From positions 1 through 64,000 of IMG/VR virus record IMGVR_UViG_3300020442_000013: DNA of 64,000 nt. The stretch is one strand, 5' to 3'. Each line of letters begins with the position of its first letter. Position 1 is the stretch's first letter. The notes below the pieces were generated by a model. That model worked only from the letters and a program-made list of their open reading frames with translations, was not told the origin of the DNA and made no database searches. Shown piece by piece: positions 10,302-19,836 of the stretch. The translations under genes and the position numbers were made by a program. This DNA comes from a virus.

Positions 10302-10550
10302 CTAACTATAATCCGGTAAAGGACCTCCATACTTTTTGCCTTTGATCTTTTTACCACCTACCTCAATACGTTTTTTTCCTACCTTGTGCGACTTTTTACC
10401 ATCACGTGACCTAAAACCTTGTGATTTGCAAGATGCAAGGTTACTTGCCCCTAATTTAGCACTAGGAGTAGAACTTTTGCATAGCTTGCGGCTAGCCTTT
10501 TCATCAACGACTGCTGAGTCGTTTTCATTTACTAAATCTAATATCTTCAT
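10302..10550 (-). CDS. Basic small protein, possibly virion-internal
   Basis: MKILDLVNE N-terminus; Lys-rich. Confidence 0.55.
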   Translation of the reverse strand: MKILDLVNENDSAVVDEKASRKLCKSSTPSAKLGASNLASCKSQGFRSRDGKKSHKVGKKRIEVGGKKIKGKKYGGPLPDYS

Positions 10551-10760
10551 CTATCTGTATTTATCTGCAGGGTTAATGTTTTCCTTATTTTCACATAGTT
10601 TAAATGTTAATGCTTTACGTGGTCCACGTGTTGTATTTAAAGAAACCTCTCCGCTCTTTTCATGAAACTCTATTTTAGTGATTGTTGCTTTATTATTGTT
10701 AGAACCTATCATGATTTCTTGTCCTACTTCAAGGTTGAGTGTTAATGCTTTCAAAGACAT
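10551..10760 (-). CDS. Hypothetical protein
   Basis: GGGAGG RBS; TAAATA late-like box upstream at about 10797-10802. Confidence 0.55.
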   Translation of the reverse strand: MSLKALTLNLEVGQEIMIGSNNNKATITKIEFHEKSGEVSLNTTRGPRKALTFKLCENKENINPADKYR

Positions 10761-10807
10761 GATGAATATCCTCCCATCTGCATCTGACTACATAGATATT
10801 TATGCGA

Positions 10808-10847
10808 CCCCGCTGCTAGGCCACCATTTATCGAAAGGCCCCGCTGC
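10808..10847 (+). repeat. CCCCGCTGC box pair (copy 1)
   Basis: ccccgctgc at 10808-10816 and 10839-10847; recurs at 23638, 23678 and 26236. Confidence 0.75.
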
Positions 10848-10994
10848 ACGGTCTGCGTATATGGAACAGTATTGTGCGTATTTTGTACAAAAGAAAGGCA
10901 CTATGCCTATGATTGAGCAAGTAGAGGTTGACAAACAAGTATAAAGGCAGTAATATGTGTACATAACTTAAAATTTGTAAAGAAAGAGAAGAGA

Positions 10995-11225
10995 TTGACT
11001 AGTTGGATAGATGTAAACGAAAGACTACCTAAAGTAGGCGAACCATGTTGGTATTATTTCGAGCCTGTTGGTAGGCATAGAGGCAAGTTCCACGGCTTGT
11101 ATGAAGATGAGAACGGAAAAACTTGGGAAGGTATGCATATATTTGCTACTGACTATGGCTGGTTAACTGGAGATGTCACTCATTGGCATCCTGATCAAGA
11201 GGAGAAACCTAATGTCCCTGAATAG
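10995..11225 (+). CDS. DUF551-like protein
   Basis: WIDVNERLP ... VTHWHP. Confidence 0.7.
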   Translation: MTSWIDVNERLPKVGEPCWYYFEPVGRHRGKFHGLYEDENGKTWEGMHIFATDYGWLTGDVTHWHPDQEEKPNVPE

Positions 11226-11574
11226 CTCTAATATATCTAAAACCTCTGAAGCTCGTAACAGCTCTGAAGCTCTACACCCTCTGAAGCTCTGCATTGCTCT
11301 GATTGCTCTGACGGCTCTTAGTGCCTGCGGGTCCTCTTATAGGGTGCCTGATTGGGCGGCCGGCGATCCAAAATGCCGGCAAATTGGTTGTGGCCAAGGT
11401 TTGGTTTTTTATCCAAATGAAAAATTTGGAGCCAAAAGACAAGCCAAAGATTTCTATGGTTGGGAAATGGGAAAAACCTCATCTGCCTATCCTCCTTCTG
11501 ATCCAAAACATTGGGAACTCAAAGCCAAAGAAGCGGCCGCAGGCCAAACTCCATGGCATTGGAACAATCAATAA
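11212..11574 (+). CDS. Putative lipoprotein; 5' end overlaps a CTCTG repeat array
   Basis: GAGGAG RBS; hydrophobic stretch with LSAC lipobox. Confidence 0.5.
   Translation: MSLNSSNISKTSEARNSSEALHPLKLCIALIALTALSACGSSYRVPDWAAGDPKCRQIGCGQGLVFYPNEKFGAKRQAKDFYGWEMGKTSSAYPPSDPKHWELKAKEAAAGQTPWHWNNQ
11214..11350 (+). repeat. Phased YCT (CTCTG-type) degenerate array 1
   Basis: ctctgaag x3, gctctg x4 and related units at about 9-nt spacing. Confidence 0.7.
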
Positions 11575-11578
11575 TTCG

Positions 11579-11607
11579 AATATAAAACCAAAATAATTTT
11601 TTGTCAA
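11579..11607 (-). promoter_or_regulatory. Leftward sigma70 promoter (TTGACA-17-TATATT), divergent from the 11642 promoter
   Basis: tgtcaacc at 11602-11609 on + strand; no convincing ORF downstream on the minus strand. Confidence 0.5.
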
Positions 11608-11705
11608 CCAAAATATTTTTCCTGTTTTGGCAAAATTCAGGTTGACTTCTGAGTCTAATGAGGTTATACTATTATTATAAAGTTAGAAAACAGAGAGAGG
11701 TAAAC

Positions 11706-12038
11706 ATGGCATTTTATATCTATGAAAAATCATCTACATATATTATAGGCAAGCCTGACCGCAATGGTGTGGCTCGTCCTGATCATAATCAGTCATATAA
11801 AACTATGGCGGCGGCGAAGGCAGGCCTAACAAGAATCGCAAAGGCAGAAGGGCTTTTACCTACTGATCCAAATTATGCAGAAGTTAGATATGCAATCTGC
11901 GAAACAGATAAATTCCACAAAGACATTGAGAAGTCCGTAAAGAAAACTTCTTACATGGATCCAACAAAGAGTTGGATGGAGCCAGTGAACACTCCATATT
12001 ATTGTTCACCATCATCAGAAACTTATTGGAGTATGTAA
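11706..12038 (+). CDS. Early hypothetical protein (C-terminal PYYCSPSSETYWSM)
   Basis: Own promoter and GAGG RBS; C-terminal motif recurrent in phage early proteins. Confidence 0.7.
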   Translation: MAFYIYEKSSTYIIGKPDRNGVARPDHNQSYKTMAAAKAGLTRIAKAEGLLPTDPNYAEVRYAICETDKFHKDIEKSVKKTSYMDPTKSWMEPVNTPYYCSPSSETYWSM

Positions 12039-12295
12039 TGGGATTAGAAACATTAGCAACGGTTGAGATACGTGAAAGATTTCACAAGTTAGGTCGTCCA
12101 GTGCCTTCCTTTAATTGGGAGTATGGTACGATGTGGATTGATACTGAAGACACAGATGATCTTCGGGTCATCAAAGAAGTCATGGAAGAAGAAGTATTAG
12201 CACCAGGATTAAGGGTGGACTTTAATTTATTAAAAGCCACAGAAACAGAACCATGGGACCAATGGGCCATGGATATAAAAGGAGAGCCAAATTGA
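12038..12295 (+). CDS. Early hypothetical protein
   Basis: TAATG overlap with the upstream gene. Confidence 0.6.
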   Translation: MGLETLATVEIRERFHKLGRPVPSFNWEYGTMWIDTEDTDDLRVIKEVMEEEVLAPGLRVDFNLLKATETEPWDQWAMDIKGEPN

Positions 12296-12535
12296 GTAGA
12301 GAACAAAGATCAACGGAAGAACAAAAGGCCATAGATGATTGGTTGAAAGCAGGTAATAAAATTACCATTTGTCCAAGAGGACAAACTTCTGATGGAGAAC
12401 TTCCAGGTTATGCTTGGGGTAAGAAGAAGAAAAAACCTGCCAAAAAGAAATTGGCAAAATAAAGGTTGACTTTTATAATTAAAGATCATATACTATTTTT
12501 ATAGTTAGAAACAAGGCAACAGAAAGAGGGATAAA

Positions 12536-12922
12536 ATGGCTTATGTATCACAGGCAGACAAGGCAAAATTAGCACCAGCGATTAAGGCGGTGTTGAAAAA
12601 ATATAATATGAAGGGCACTATTGCTGTCAGACATCATTCAACATTGGTTGTGAATATCAAATGCGGAGCAATTGACTTCGCTGGTAGTTATACCCACGGT
12701 GACAAATATATCCAAGTTAATACATATTGGATTCACGATCATTATGATGGTGTGGCAAAAGACTTCCTGCTTGAATTGAAAGATGCAATGGAAGGACCAG
12801 ACTTTTTTAACAACGATGATGCAATGACAGATTATTTTCATCGTTCACATTACATCGATATCAACATTGGTAGTTGGAATAAACCATATATCTGCTATGA
12901 TCAAGAAAAGGTAGCGGCTTGA
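12536..12922 (+). CDS. Early conserved phage protein
   Basis: Own promoter; DDAMTDYFH..HY.DINIG.WNKPY motif. Confidence 0.7.
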   Translation: MAYVSQADKAKLAPAIKAVLKKYNMKGTIAVRHHSTLVVNIKCGAIDFAGSYTHGDKYIQVNTYWIHDHYDGVAKDFLLELKDAMEGPDFFNNDDAMTDYFHRSHYIDINIGSWNKPYICYDQEKVAA

Positions 12923-13118
12923 TGGTAGACCTGTTGCATGATATCGAAGTATTGGAGAAGTCATTAGAACTCGATGACTTTGGTCGACAGATGCTTATCT
13001 GGGACCTAATCCAGAAGAAAAAGAAAGAGTTCACTGACTTTGAAGCAGAGATGTGTCCTAAAGGATATGAACCTGTGGAGGAATATTCAACAATATATAA
13101 ACAAAAGGAGACAGCATA

Positions 13119-13385
13119 ATGGCTGAGGTAACAAGAGTTGGTCATTCAGACGCAGGTCATGGATGGTTGGCAGTGAAACTTGCAGACTTGAAAATGTTAG
13201 GTATCGAATCTGATATTACAGACTTTTCATATGTGAAAGGCAAGACAGCATATCTTGAAGAAGACAAAGATGCAACGACCTACATCAATGCAATGAAGGC
13301 GAAAGGTATCAATGTCGTGGTTAGACATGGTCCACCAAGAGACCGTAGTCCTATCAGATCTTTCAAAAGATATGAGCCTGCATAA
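13119..13385 (+). CDS. Early hypothetical protein
   Basis: AGGAG RBS; D.GHGWLAV...YLEED.DA motif. Confidence 0.65.
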   Translation: MAEVTRVGHSDAGHGWLAVKLADLKMLGIESDITDFSYVKGKTAYLEEDKDATTYINAMKAKGINVVVRHGPPRDRSPIRSFKRYEPA

Positions 13386-13400
13386 TTTAGGAGGTAGCCT

Positions 13401-13604
13401 ATGATAATGGAACTTTGGATTTTGATAGCCTATGTTTTAGGATCAGCGGCTACCTATTTCCTTATGCGAAAACAAATCGCATTCAACATCACAGAATCAA
13501 TTATTGATCAGTTGATAGCCCAAGGATTTCTCCGTTCTAAAAAAGACAAGAACGGTGAGGTAGAAATTGTCAAATGGTATGCACCAGATGAAATTGGCAA
13601 ATAA
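13401..13604 (+). CDS. Small membrane-anchored protein
   Basis: AGGAGG RBS; N-terminal TM helix. Confidence 0.6.
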   Translation: MIMELWILIAYVLGSAATYFLMRKQIAFNITESIIDQLIAQGFLRSKKDKNGEVEIVKWYAPDEIGK

Positions 13605-13673
13605 GAGGTTGACTTTATTGTATTTAGATCATATACTATAAAGACAATTAAGATAAACCACTAGGAGTAAAGG

Positions 13674-13973
13674 ATGACAATGAGCAATTTAGTAACCAAA
13701 GCGGTAGAGAACATTTACCAAATGGATAGCGATCAACTCGAGCAAGTAATCGAGGCAATCAAACTGAAACGCCAGCATTTGGCTAGGCAGGCTACCCGTA
13801 ATATTATGAAGGGTGACATTGTATCTTTCACAGGGCGACGTGGACAAACGGTACAGGGCAAAGTAGAAAAGGTCAATCAAAAGACTATCGTTGTCCGTGA
13901 CTCAAAGTCTAATATCGTGTGGAGGGTGACGGCTTCAATGGTAACCAAATTAGGTATCGGTGAGGCGGCATAA
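13674..13973 (+). CDS. Early protein with a KOW/SH3-like C-terminus
   Basis: Own promoter; GDIVSF...G.V.KVNQKTIVV. Confidence 0.6.
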   Translation: MTMSNLVTKAVENIYQMDSDQLEQVIEAIKLKRQHLARQATRNIMKGDIVSFTGRRGQTVQGKVEKVNQKTIVVRDSKSNIVWRVTASMVTKLGIGEAA

Positions 13974-14365
13974 TGTCAGTTCACATAAAATACAGATTCC
14001 TCAATGAGACTGAGGACTATCAGAAAAATCCTGAGAGGACCAGAGGATATACATTGGTAGAAACCAACTATGAATATCCATTCGACAAAGTATTGAAAGA
14101 TTTCTATCAGGATATTCAAGGTAAGGCTGTTCAAATATTCAACATCTGGAGGGAGGCATAATGGGCCCCTATTCAGAGGACAGGCAATTTCAAAGGGCGA
14201 CCGCTATAAAGCGGTTGCTCGAAAACAATCCTGATTTAGATCCACTTTATCAAGCGATGTGGAAAAAACATCTTAACAATTTGGCTTTGAATGAAACCAC
14301 TTATAATTATAGAGTGAAACACGTCTATTCATGTTTGAAGCCGAGACATAAAAATTGGATTTCCT

Positions 14366-14788
14366 ATGAGTGAAATGCTTAAAGAAGGAGCCAATGTCAC
14401 TATCAAGGTAGAAAATGTAATGTGGCCCTACCGAGATAGATATGCACCAGGTGTCATAAGAGACGAATTCAATTATTACACGGGCAAGGTTGTATATGAG
14501 AAATGGTACAAGGCCAACGAAGTAGGGTTGACTACTGACCAGGATTGGTTTCCTGTCCGTGTAGTTCAAAGGGAAAGAATTGTAGAAGTAAATGACCTTC
14601 CAGTTGATTATTCGGAACCAGAAAGCGATAGAATAGAAGTCAAAGTGACTGGTTCGAAAGGGAACGAATATACGATAGTGAAAGAGCATGGCAAGACCAC
14701 TTGCACCTGTCCGGGATTTCAATTTAGAGGCAGATGCAGACATATTAAAGAATTTGAGCAAAAAGAGTTTGACAAAGTCGATGCTTGA
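14366..14788 (+). CDS. SWIM zinc-finger protein
   Basis: GSKGNEY.I......CTCPGFQFRGRCRH. Confidence 0.75.
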   Translation: MSEMLKEGANVTIKVENVMWPYRDRYAPGVIRDEFNYYTGKVVYEKWYKANEVGLTTDQDWFPVRVVQRERIVEVNDLPVDYSEPESDRIEVKVTGSKGNEYTIVKEHGKTTCTCPGFQFRGRCRHIKEFEQKEFDKVDA

Positions 14789-14970
14789 TGTTATTGTTAA
14801 TAAACTGAAGGAGGCATAAATGATTAAGGCAATTCTATTTTTTGTAATTGGAGCCGGTGCGGCATACCTATATATGAACCCAGGTGATGTTGATGGAATG
14901 CTTGAAATGGGTAAGCAAGGTATTCATAACGGTGCTCTAGTCATTCAAGAAGCAACCAAGGAGTAGGATA

Positions 14971-15249
14971 ATGGATATCCGAGATATTGAACCAGGCAAG
15001 TCTTATGCCTGTAAATTTAAGACAGAACAAGTTTTAGACATCTATGGTCGAATTCCAGGACTTTCTGATACACCTCTAAGAGGTTTGGGTATGTATGAAA
15101 GTTGGGGTCCTATCACGGTTCGTGATATGGCAAGTGAGCACGTTGAGGTTTTAGACCAGAAGAGTAAGAAGAAATTCGTTGTTCCATTTAAGAATATTTG
15201 GGACGTGGATACCGTTATATGGGAGGATAATGAGGATTTGGCAAAATAA
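14971..15249 (+). CDS. Hypothetical protein
   Basis: RBS and compact ORF. Confidence 0.6.
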   Translation: MDIRDIEPGKSYACKFKTEQVLDIYGRIPGLSDTPLRGLGMYESWGPITVRDMASEHVEVLDQKSKKKFVVPFKNIWDVDTVIWEDNEDLAK

Positions 15250-15342
15250 GCCATTGACTTTATTATGTATTCCTGTATAATGTTGAAGTTGATTAGGCAA
15301 AACCTAGTTAATATTTTTAATAAATCAGATAAGGATAATAAT

Positions 15343-15588
15343 ATGCCATTTACTACTATTAAAACTAACCAAAAGGCTTTCCTAGAGAACTACCTAAGAG
15401 GTACAGGAAAATCTTTAACAGCCGCTGACGCGAATGCTCGTTTTGGTATTCAAAAATTACCTGCGAGAATGAGTGAATTCAGAAGTGCTGGGTTGAATGT
15501 GAAAGTCACAAAGAGCTCAAAAGGTACTGCAAGATATTCAGTATCTGCTCGTGATGTCACAGGCAGTCGTGCAAAGATGTTTGCCTAA
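15343..15588 (+). CDS. Winged-helix/HTH DNA-binding protein
   Basis: YLRGTGKSLT...A.ARFGIQKLPARMSEFRSAG; own promoter; followed by a terminator. Confidence 0.6.
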   Translation: MPFTTIKTNQKAFLENYLRGTGKSLTAADANARFGIQKLPARMSEFRSAGLNVKVTKSSKGTARYSVSARDVTGSRAKMFA

Positions 15589-15614
15589 GAGCATCATCTA
15601 AACGAATTAAAAGA

Positions 15615-15641
15615 GGCTATGGAGACATAGCCTTTTTTTTT
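15615..15641 (+). terminator. Rho-independent terminator
   Basis: aggctatg gaga catagcct followed by a T-run. Confidence 0.7.
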
Positions 15642-15708
15642 GGCAAAATTTAGGTTGACATTCTCTCTAATAGATCATATACTATAAGAACAATAAGGGA
15701 GAAGGCTT

Positions 15709-15924
15709 ATGCTATTAAAATTGAAAGGCAAGACCAGACACGGTAAGAATAGGATACACCAACATGGTGATACTTGGGTTATCGAAAGTCATGGTAAGTT
15801 TCAAGGACAGCCTGCATGGTCACTTCGTTCATTGGAAAAGACAGAAGGGCCAAAAGGCAACAAAGGATTCGACGGTCGTTGGGTGTTAAAAGATAACGAC
15901 CCTAATTTTGAAGTGGTATGGTAA
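15709..15924 (+). CDS. Early hypothetical protein
   Basis: Own promoter; LKGKTRHGKNRIHQHG..W motif. Confidence 0.65.
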   Translation: MLLKLKGKTRHGKNRIHQHGDTWVIESHGKFQGQPAWSLRSLEKTEGPKGNKGFDGRWVLKDNDPNFEVVW

Positions 15925-16094
15925 GATGTCTAAAAAATACAGAAAGCCACAGGCACCGAAGGTAAGAAACTTCGTAGCCAAAGAGATGCTAGATCCGGAT
16001 AGTCCTTTTCATGAAAAGACTTTCCGCGATGTTTCAAAAGACGAACAATCGTTTCGCAAGGCGAAACATAAAAAGAAATTTTGGGAGATGCAAG

Positions 16095-16598
16095 ATGATA
16101 GATATAATTGAGAAAGCAGAAAAATTTGCCGTTCAGGCACATGGGCCACAGAAAAGGAAGTATTCTGATCAGCCATATATTGTTCACCCATTAGAGGTTG
16201 CAAAGATTGTTCAGAGTGTACCTCATACCAATGCAATGGTTGCCGCGGCTATCTTGCATGATGTAATCGAAGACACTGAGGCTTCTTACGAAGATGTGGC
16301 TGTGAACTTCGGTACTTTGGTAGCAGACTTGGTTGATGAGTTGACTGATGTGTCTAAGCCAGAAGATGGTAATAGGGCAGTAAGGAAGGCCTTAGATAGG
16401 GCTCACTTGGCAAAGGCAAGTGCTGATGCTCAAACTATCAAATTGGCTGACGTCATTAGCAATACCAAAGACATCAAAGAGAACGATCCTAAGTTCGCAA
16501 AGGTTTACATTCCTGAAATGAAAGCCTTGTTAGAAGTTTTAGACAAGGGTGATAAGACTTTGATGGCAGAGGCAGAAAAACAAGTTTTCGGCAAATAA
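16095..16598 (+). CDS. HD-domain hydrolase, small alarmone hydrolase (SpoT/Mesh1-like)
   Basis: A..AH..QKRK....PYIVHP.EVA, AAILHDVIEDT, V.ELTD, IKLAD.ISN motifs. Confidence 0.85.
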   Translation: MIDIIEKAEKFAVQAHGPQKRKYSDQPYIVHPLEVAKIVQSVPHTNAMVAAAILHDVIEDTEASYEDVAVNFGTLVADLVDELTDVSKPEDGNRAVRKALDRAHLAKASADAQTIKLADVISNTKDIKENDPKFAKVYIPEMKALLEVLDKGDKTLMAEAEKQVFGK

Positions 16599-16668
16599 AA
16601 GGTTGACACCTCCTTCGGGAGGTGTTATACTATAAGAACAATAAGAGATTAACTAGAAGAGGGCTTAT

Positions 16669-17031
16669 ATGGAAAAACAATTAGAATTATTCACAAGCGA
16701 ATGGGGTGTAAGAAACGATGTGAAACACCTTGTAGATCCGCTCAATGATTTATTACCGCCAATGGGCATGGTAAAGAATGCGAACAAGAACAAATGGCTT
16801 GAAAAATTTCGTAAGGCACAGAATGTTTCCTATGACATTTTCAATAATGGTCTTTGTAATAGAGGCAAAGAACTTAAGGTGTTAGGCCTTAAAAAATATG
16901 ATTTGCCATTACCAGAATACTATGGTAGAGATAGTTATTTTCCAGGGAACTGGGATAGGATTGAATTTATGGTAAGTGAGGCGATGGCGCCTATCATTCA
17001 AAAAGCGGCAACAGAACAGGGAGTATTATAA
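16669..17031 (+). CDS. Early hypothetical protein
   Basis: Own promoter; GAGGGC RBS; YDIFNNGLCN motif. Confidence 0.7.
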   Translation: MEKQLELFTSEWGVRNDVKHLVDPLNDLLPPMGMVKNANKNKWLEKFRKAQNVSYDIFNNGLCNRGKELKVLGLKKYDLPLPEYYGRDSYFPGNWDRIEFMVSEAMAPIIQKAATEQGVL

Positions 17032-17264
17032 TGGCAACAGAATTGAAATCCAAAGCACAGAACGTCTTTATTACAAGGTTCTGGGGTGGTAAGAACAAAG
17101 GATCCTGCGTTCAGGTGACACAACCTCGCAAGGACACAAATATGATAGAATTAGATGTGACTGACAAGTTCTTCACATCATTGCAATTAACCAGAGAGCA
17201 GGCCGCAGACTTGGCAACAGATTTGATGGCCTTTGCTATGAAGAGGGAGAAAGAATCGATATGA
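17031..17264 (+). CDS. Early hypothetical protein
   Basis: TRFWGG...G.CVQ.T motif; overlapping start/stop. Confidence 0.6.
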   Translation: MATELKSKAQNVFITRFWGGKNKGSCVQVTQPRKDTNMIELDVTDKFFTSLQLTREQAADLATDLMAFAMKREKESI

Positions 17265-17461
17265 GAAAATATATTAAAATTGGTACCAAGTGTGAGACCA
17301 AGTATGGCCAAGCCAAGGTGACCGGTATAGAATTCTGCGAAGCAGAAGGAATGAAAGAAGGAATTAATATGGACAAGGTGTTCGTAGGAGATAAAAACAG
17401 ATGCGTCTTTGACTTCGATAACGGTCATTGGCAGTATGGATATCAAGTGGAGGCAATATGA
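17261..17461 (+). CDS. Early hypothetical protein
   Basis: ATGA overlap; DFDNGHWQYG.Q. Confidence 0.6.
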   Translation: MRKYIKIGTKCETKYGQAKVTGIEFCEAEGMKEGINMDKVFVGDKNRCVFDFDNGHWQYGYQVEAI

Positions 17462-17718
17462 AATTTCAAGATATAAAATTTAATCACACACCACATAACA
17501 ACGGCGTTCAGGCATTGCTCAACTTTGGCAAATATCAAATGAGCATTGTTCAGCATGATTACTCATATGGAGGTAGCAAAGGTCTATATGAGATTGGAAT
17601 GTTTGAAGGCAAAACAATGGTAGAGATACCTGGTGTCACTGAAGAGGGCGATACGGTAAAAGGTTTTATGACAGAAGAAGATGTCGAAAATGCAATTAAA
17701 AAGATGGAGGATATCTGA
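17458..17718 (+). CDS. Early hypothetical protein
   Basis: GGAGG RBS; SYGG..GLYEI motif. Confidence 0.65.
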   Translation: MKFQDIKFNHTPHNNGVQALLNFGKYQMSIVQHDYSYGGSKGLYEIGMFEGKTMVEIPGVTEEGDTVKGFMTEEDVENAIKKMEDI

Positions 17719-18038
17719 AAGGACTATTAATCATTCTATTGTTTTCAGGTCAGGTTGAATTTAGAGAATTTGACTTCCAGCCCAAAGACTTTGATGGAAC
17801 AAAAGGTTTCACCGATACAGAAATTGTTCTATCATGTTCTGAAGAAGCAGAAAGACAATATGAAAAATTAGGTGCCCATAGTTGGGATGATCCTAGAGGT
17901 CAGTCTTGGTACCTATTTGATGGCACTGGAACGATACAAGGTCATATTTGCTAATTTTGGCAAATAAGAGGTTGACATTATATCTAGAAGGTGTTATAGT
18001 ATAAACATAATTAGAGCTTACATATAGGAGGGCCGCTC

Positions 18039-18413
18039 ATGCAAAATTTAGAAACACACAAAATGATTGACAATGAATATCCAGAGATTGCATTCTATGA
18101 CAAACTCAAAGCAGAACTTGGATACGACACGGTTTGGTCAATGAGCGGTTGTTTACCTTTGGATAAGGCTATTTTTACTGACAAGCCTAGAAAGGTCACT
18201 TATACAATAATTGACAGAATGGGAGACTCCTTTGACGATGTTGATTGGGTCACTTTCAAATCTGTTGCGGAGAATGGTACCGTAGGTGCTCTTTGGAAGG
18301 CGGCAGAAGATTGTTTTCAACAAGCCAAAGAGAACAACGGCGACTGGCATTACTTCATAGAAGACTTTGATATGCAAGAAGACGGTTCACTCAAACTTAT
18401 CACAGGATCTTAA
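18039..18413 (+). CDS. Early hypothetical protein
   Basis: Own promoter; GGAGGGC RBS; H.FIEDF...L.TGS C-terminus. Confidence 0.7.
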   Translation: MQNLETHKMIDNEYPEIAFYDKLKAELGYDTVWSMSGCLPLDKAIFTDKPRKVTYTIIDRMGDSFDDVDWVTFKSVAENGTVGALWKAAEDCFQQAKENNGDWHYFIEDFDMQEDGSLKLITGS

Positions 18414-18414
18414 T

Positions 18415-18723
18415 ATGGCATTCGCTCCGACTTCAACTTATTTTGACAAAGGTGACGGCTCCATTATTGGAAGTTTCGTTGAAAAGGACAATGGTCACCT
18501 TTTTGAGTATTCATCTAACAAAGGTGGCTTCGGTGCACTAGACGGTTGGCCACACAGAGTTTGGGTCACTACCCCGATTGAAAATATTGATAGTGGCTTT
18601 CGTTATGCAAGGGTCCTAAAGACCGTTGCCTACATTGTAGTAGACGAAGATGAATACGGCGATGCGATCGTCGAAAAATGGAACATTAAAAAACAAAGAA
18701 CCTATGAAAGGCGGTTAGCATAA
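18415..18723 (+). CDS. Early hypothetical protein
   Basis: RYARVLKTVAYIVVDEDE.G....EKW motif. Confidence 0.65.
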   Translation: MAFAPTSTYFDKGDGSIIGSFVEKDNGHLFEYSSNKGGFGALDGWPHRVWVTTPIENIDSGFRYARVLKTVAYIVVDEDEYGDAIVEKWNIKKQRTYERRLA

Positions 18724-18934
18724 TGAAAAAGGTATTAGCTCTTTTAATTGTCTGTATCTCTGTTTCAGGATGTAATCTTCATATCCAAGGACACGAGTTT
18801 CAGAAGATGGGATCAACCTACAAATATCTATCTGGTCCAAGCACCAGCAGAGCAGGGTTGAGCGAATCTTTTGTAAATTGTTTGACAGATGCATTTGATC
18901 CAATGAACAGAGGTAGTGGATGCAATTAAAACAC

Positions 18935-19011
18935 GGTCCCCTAGCTCAGCTGGATAGAGCATCGGTTTGCGGAACCGAAGGTCAGGAGTTCGAATCTCTT
19001 GGGGACCGCCA
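18935..19011 (+). tRNA. tRNA-Arg (anticodon GCG)
   Basis: Acceptor GGTCCCC/GGGGACC, D-arm AGCTCAGCTGGATAGAGC, anticodon arm TCGGT-TTGCGGA-ACCGA, TTCGAAT, encoded CCA. Confidence 0.9.
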
Positions 19012-19429
19012 AAAAGAAAGGACATATGAGAAGAAATAAGTTAGAAAGAAAACTTGATGAATATAATCATACGATGGAATTGATTAGAACTATTTTGCCT
19101 GTGATTATTATCGTTCTTCAAGTTATAATATTGATGAAAATTTTATGATAGGTTTATTCTTTTTAGGAATGATAGTCACTATCATATTTTTTATGATATT
19201 ATTTAGAGTAATGGAATGGGAAAAGAAACAAATGGAGGAAAATGAAGAAGACCAAAGATACTGAATACCATTTGTGTGATGATGGCACTATGGTAGAAAA
19301 GTCAGACTGGGAATGGTTACAGGACCACATGAAGAGAAGAAGACCAAAGAAAAAGAAAAAGAAAAAGATCGCTGGATATTATTATCCAGGCTATGGTAAA
19401 CTTAAAACCCTATATGAGGAGGACAAATA

Positions 19430-19639
19430 ATGGCAGACATTTATAGTGTCAGAAGTATGGCTACTAATAAGGTAGTCCAGTCCGGCTTCGATAAGAAGCA
19501 AGATGCCAAGGCAGTTCGAAACGAACTTTGCAAAGAGGCATGGGACAAATGGTCTCAAAAGGCAGAAGAAAAGAGAGGGCCTAAGCCTTTTCCTTTCACT
19601 GTCACTAGAGGCACTGAACATCCTTATTGGTTAAGTTGA
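19430..19639 (+). CDS. Hypothetical protein
   Basis: GAGGAGG RBS. Confidence 0.6.
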   Translation: MADIYSVRSMATNKVVQSGFDKKQDAKAVRNELCKEAWDKWSQKAEEKRGPKPFPFTVTRGTEHPYWLS

Positions 19640-19836
19640 GGTTGACTTTTACCGATAAAGGTGCTATTATATAAAGATAATGCAGAGGGCATTCGCGTCC
19701 TGGGAACGAGATCATAGATCGGCATTCAAAACTGAGGTTTCCGAATTGATGCAGTCCACATTTTACGGGGTGGGAGTTTTCGACTATAAAAATAAAACTC
19801 CCCCAACATAAAAATAATAATAAGCTGGAGGGCAAA

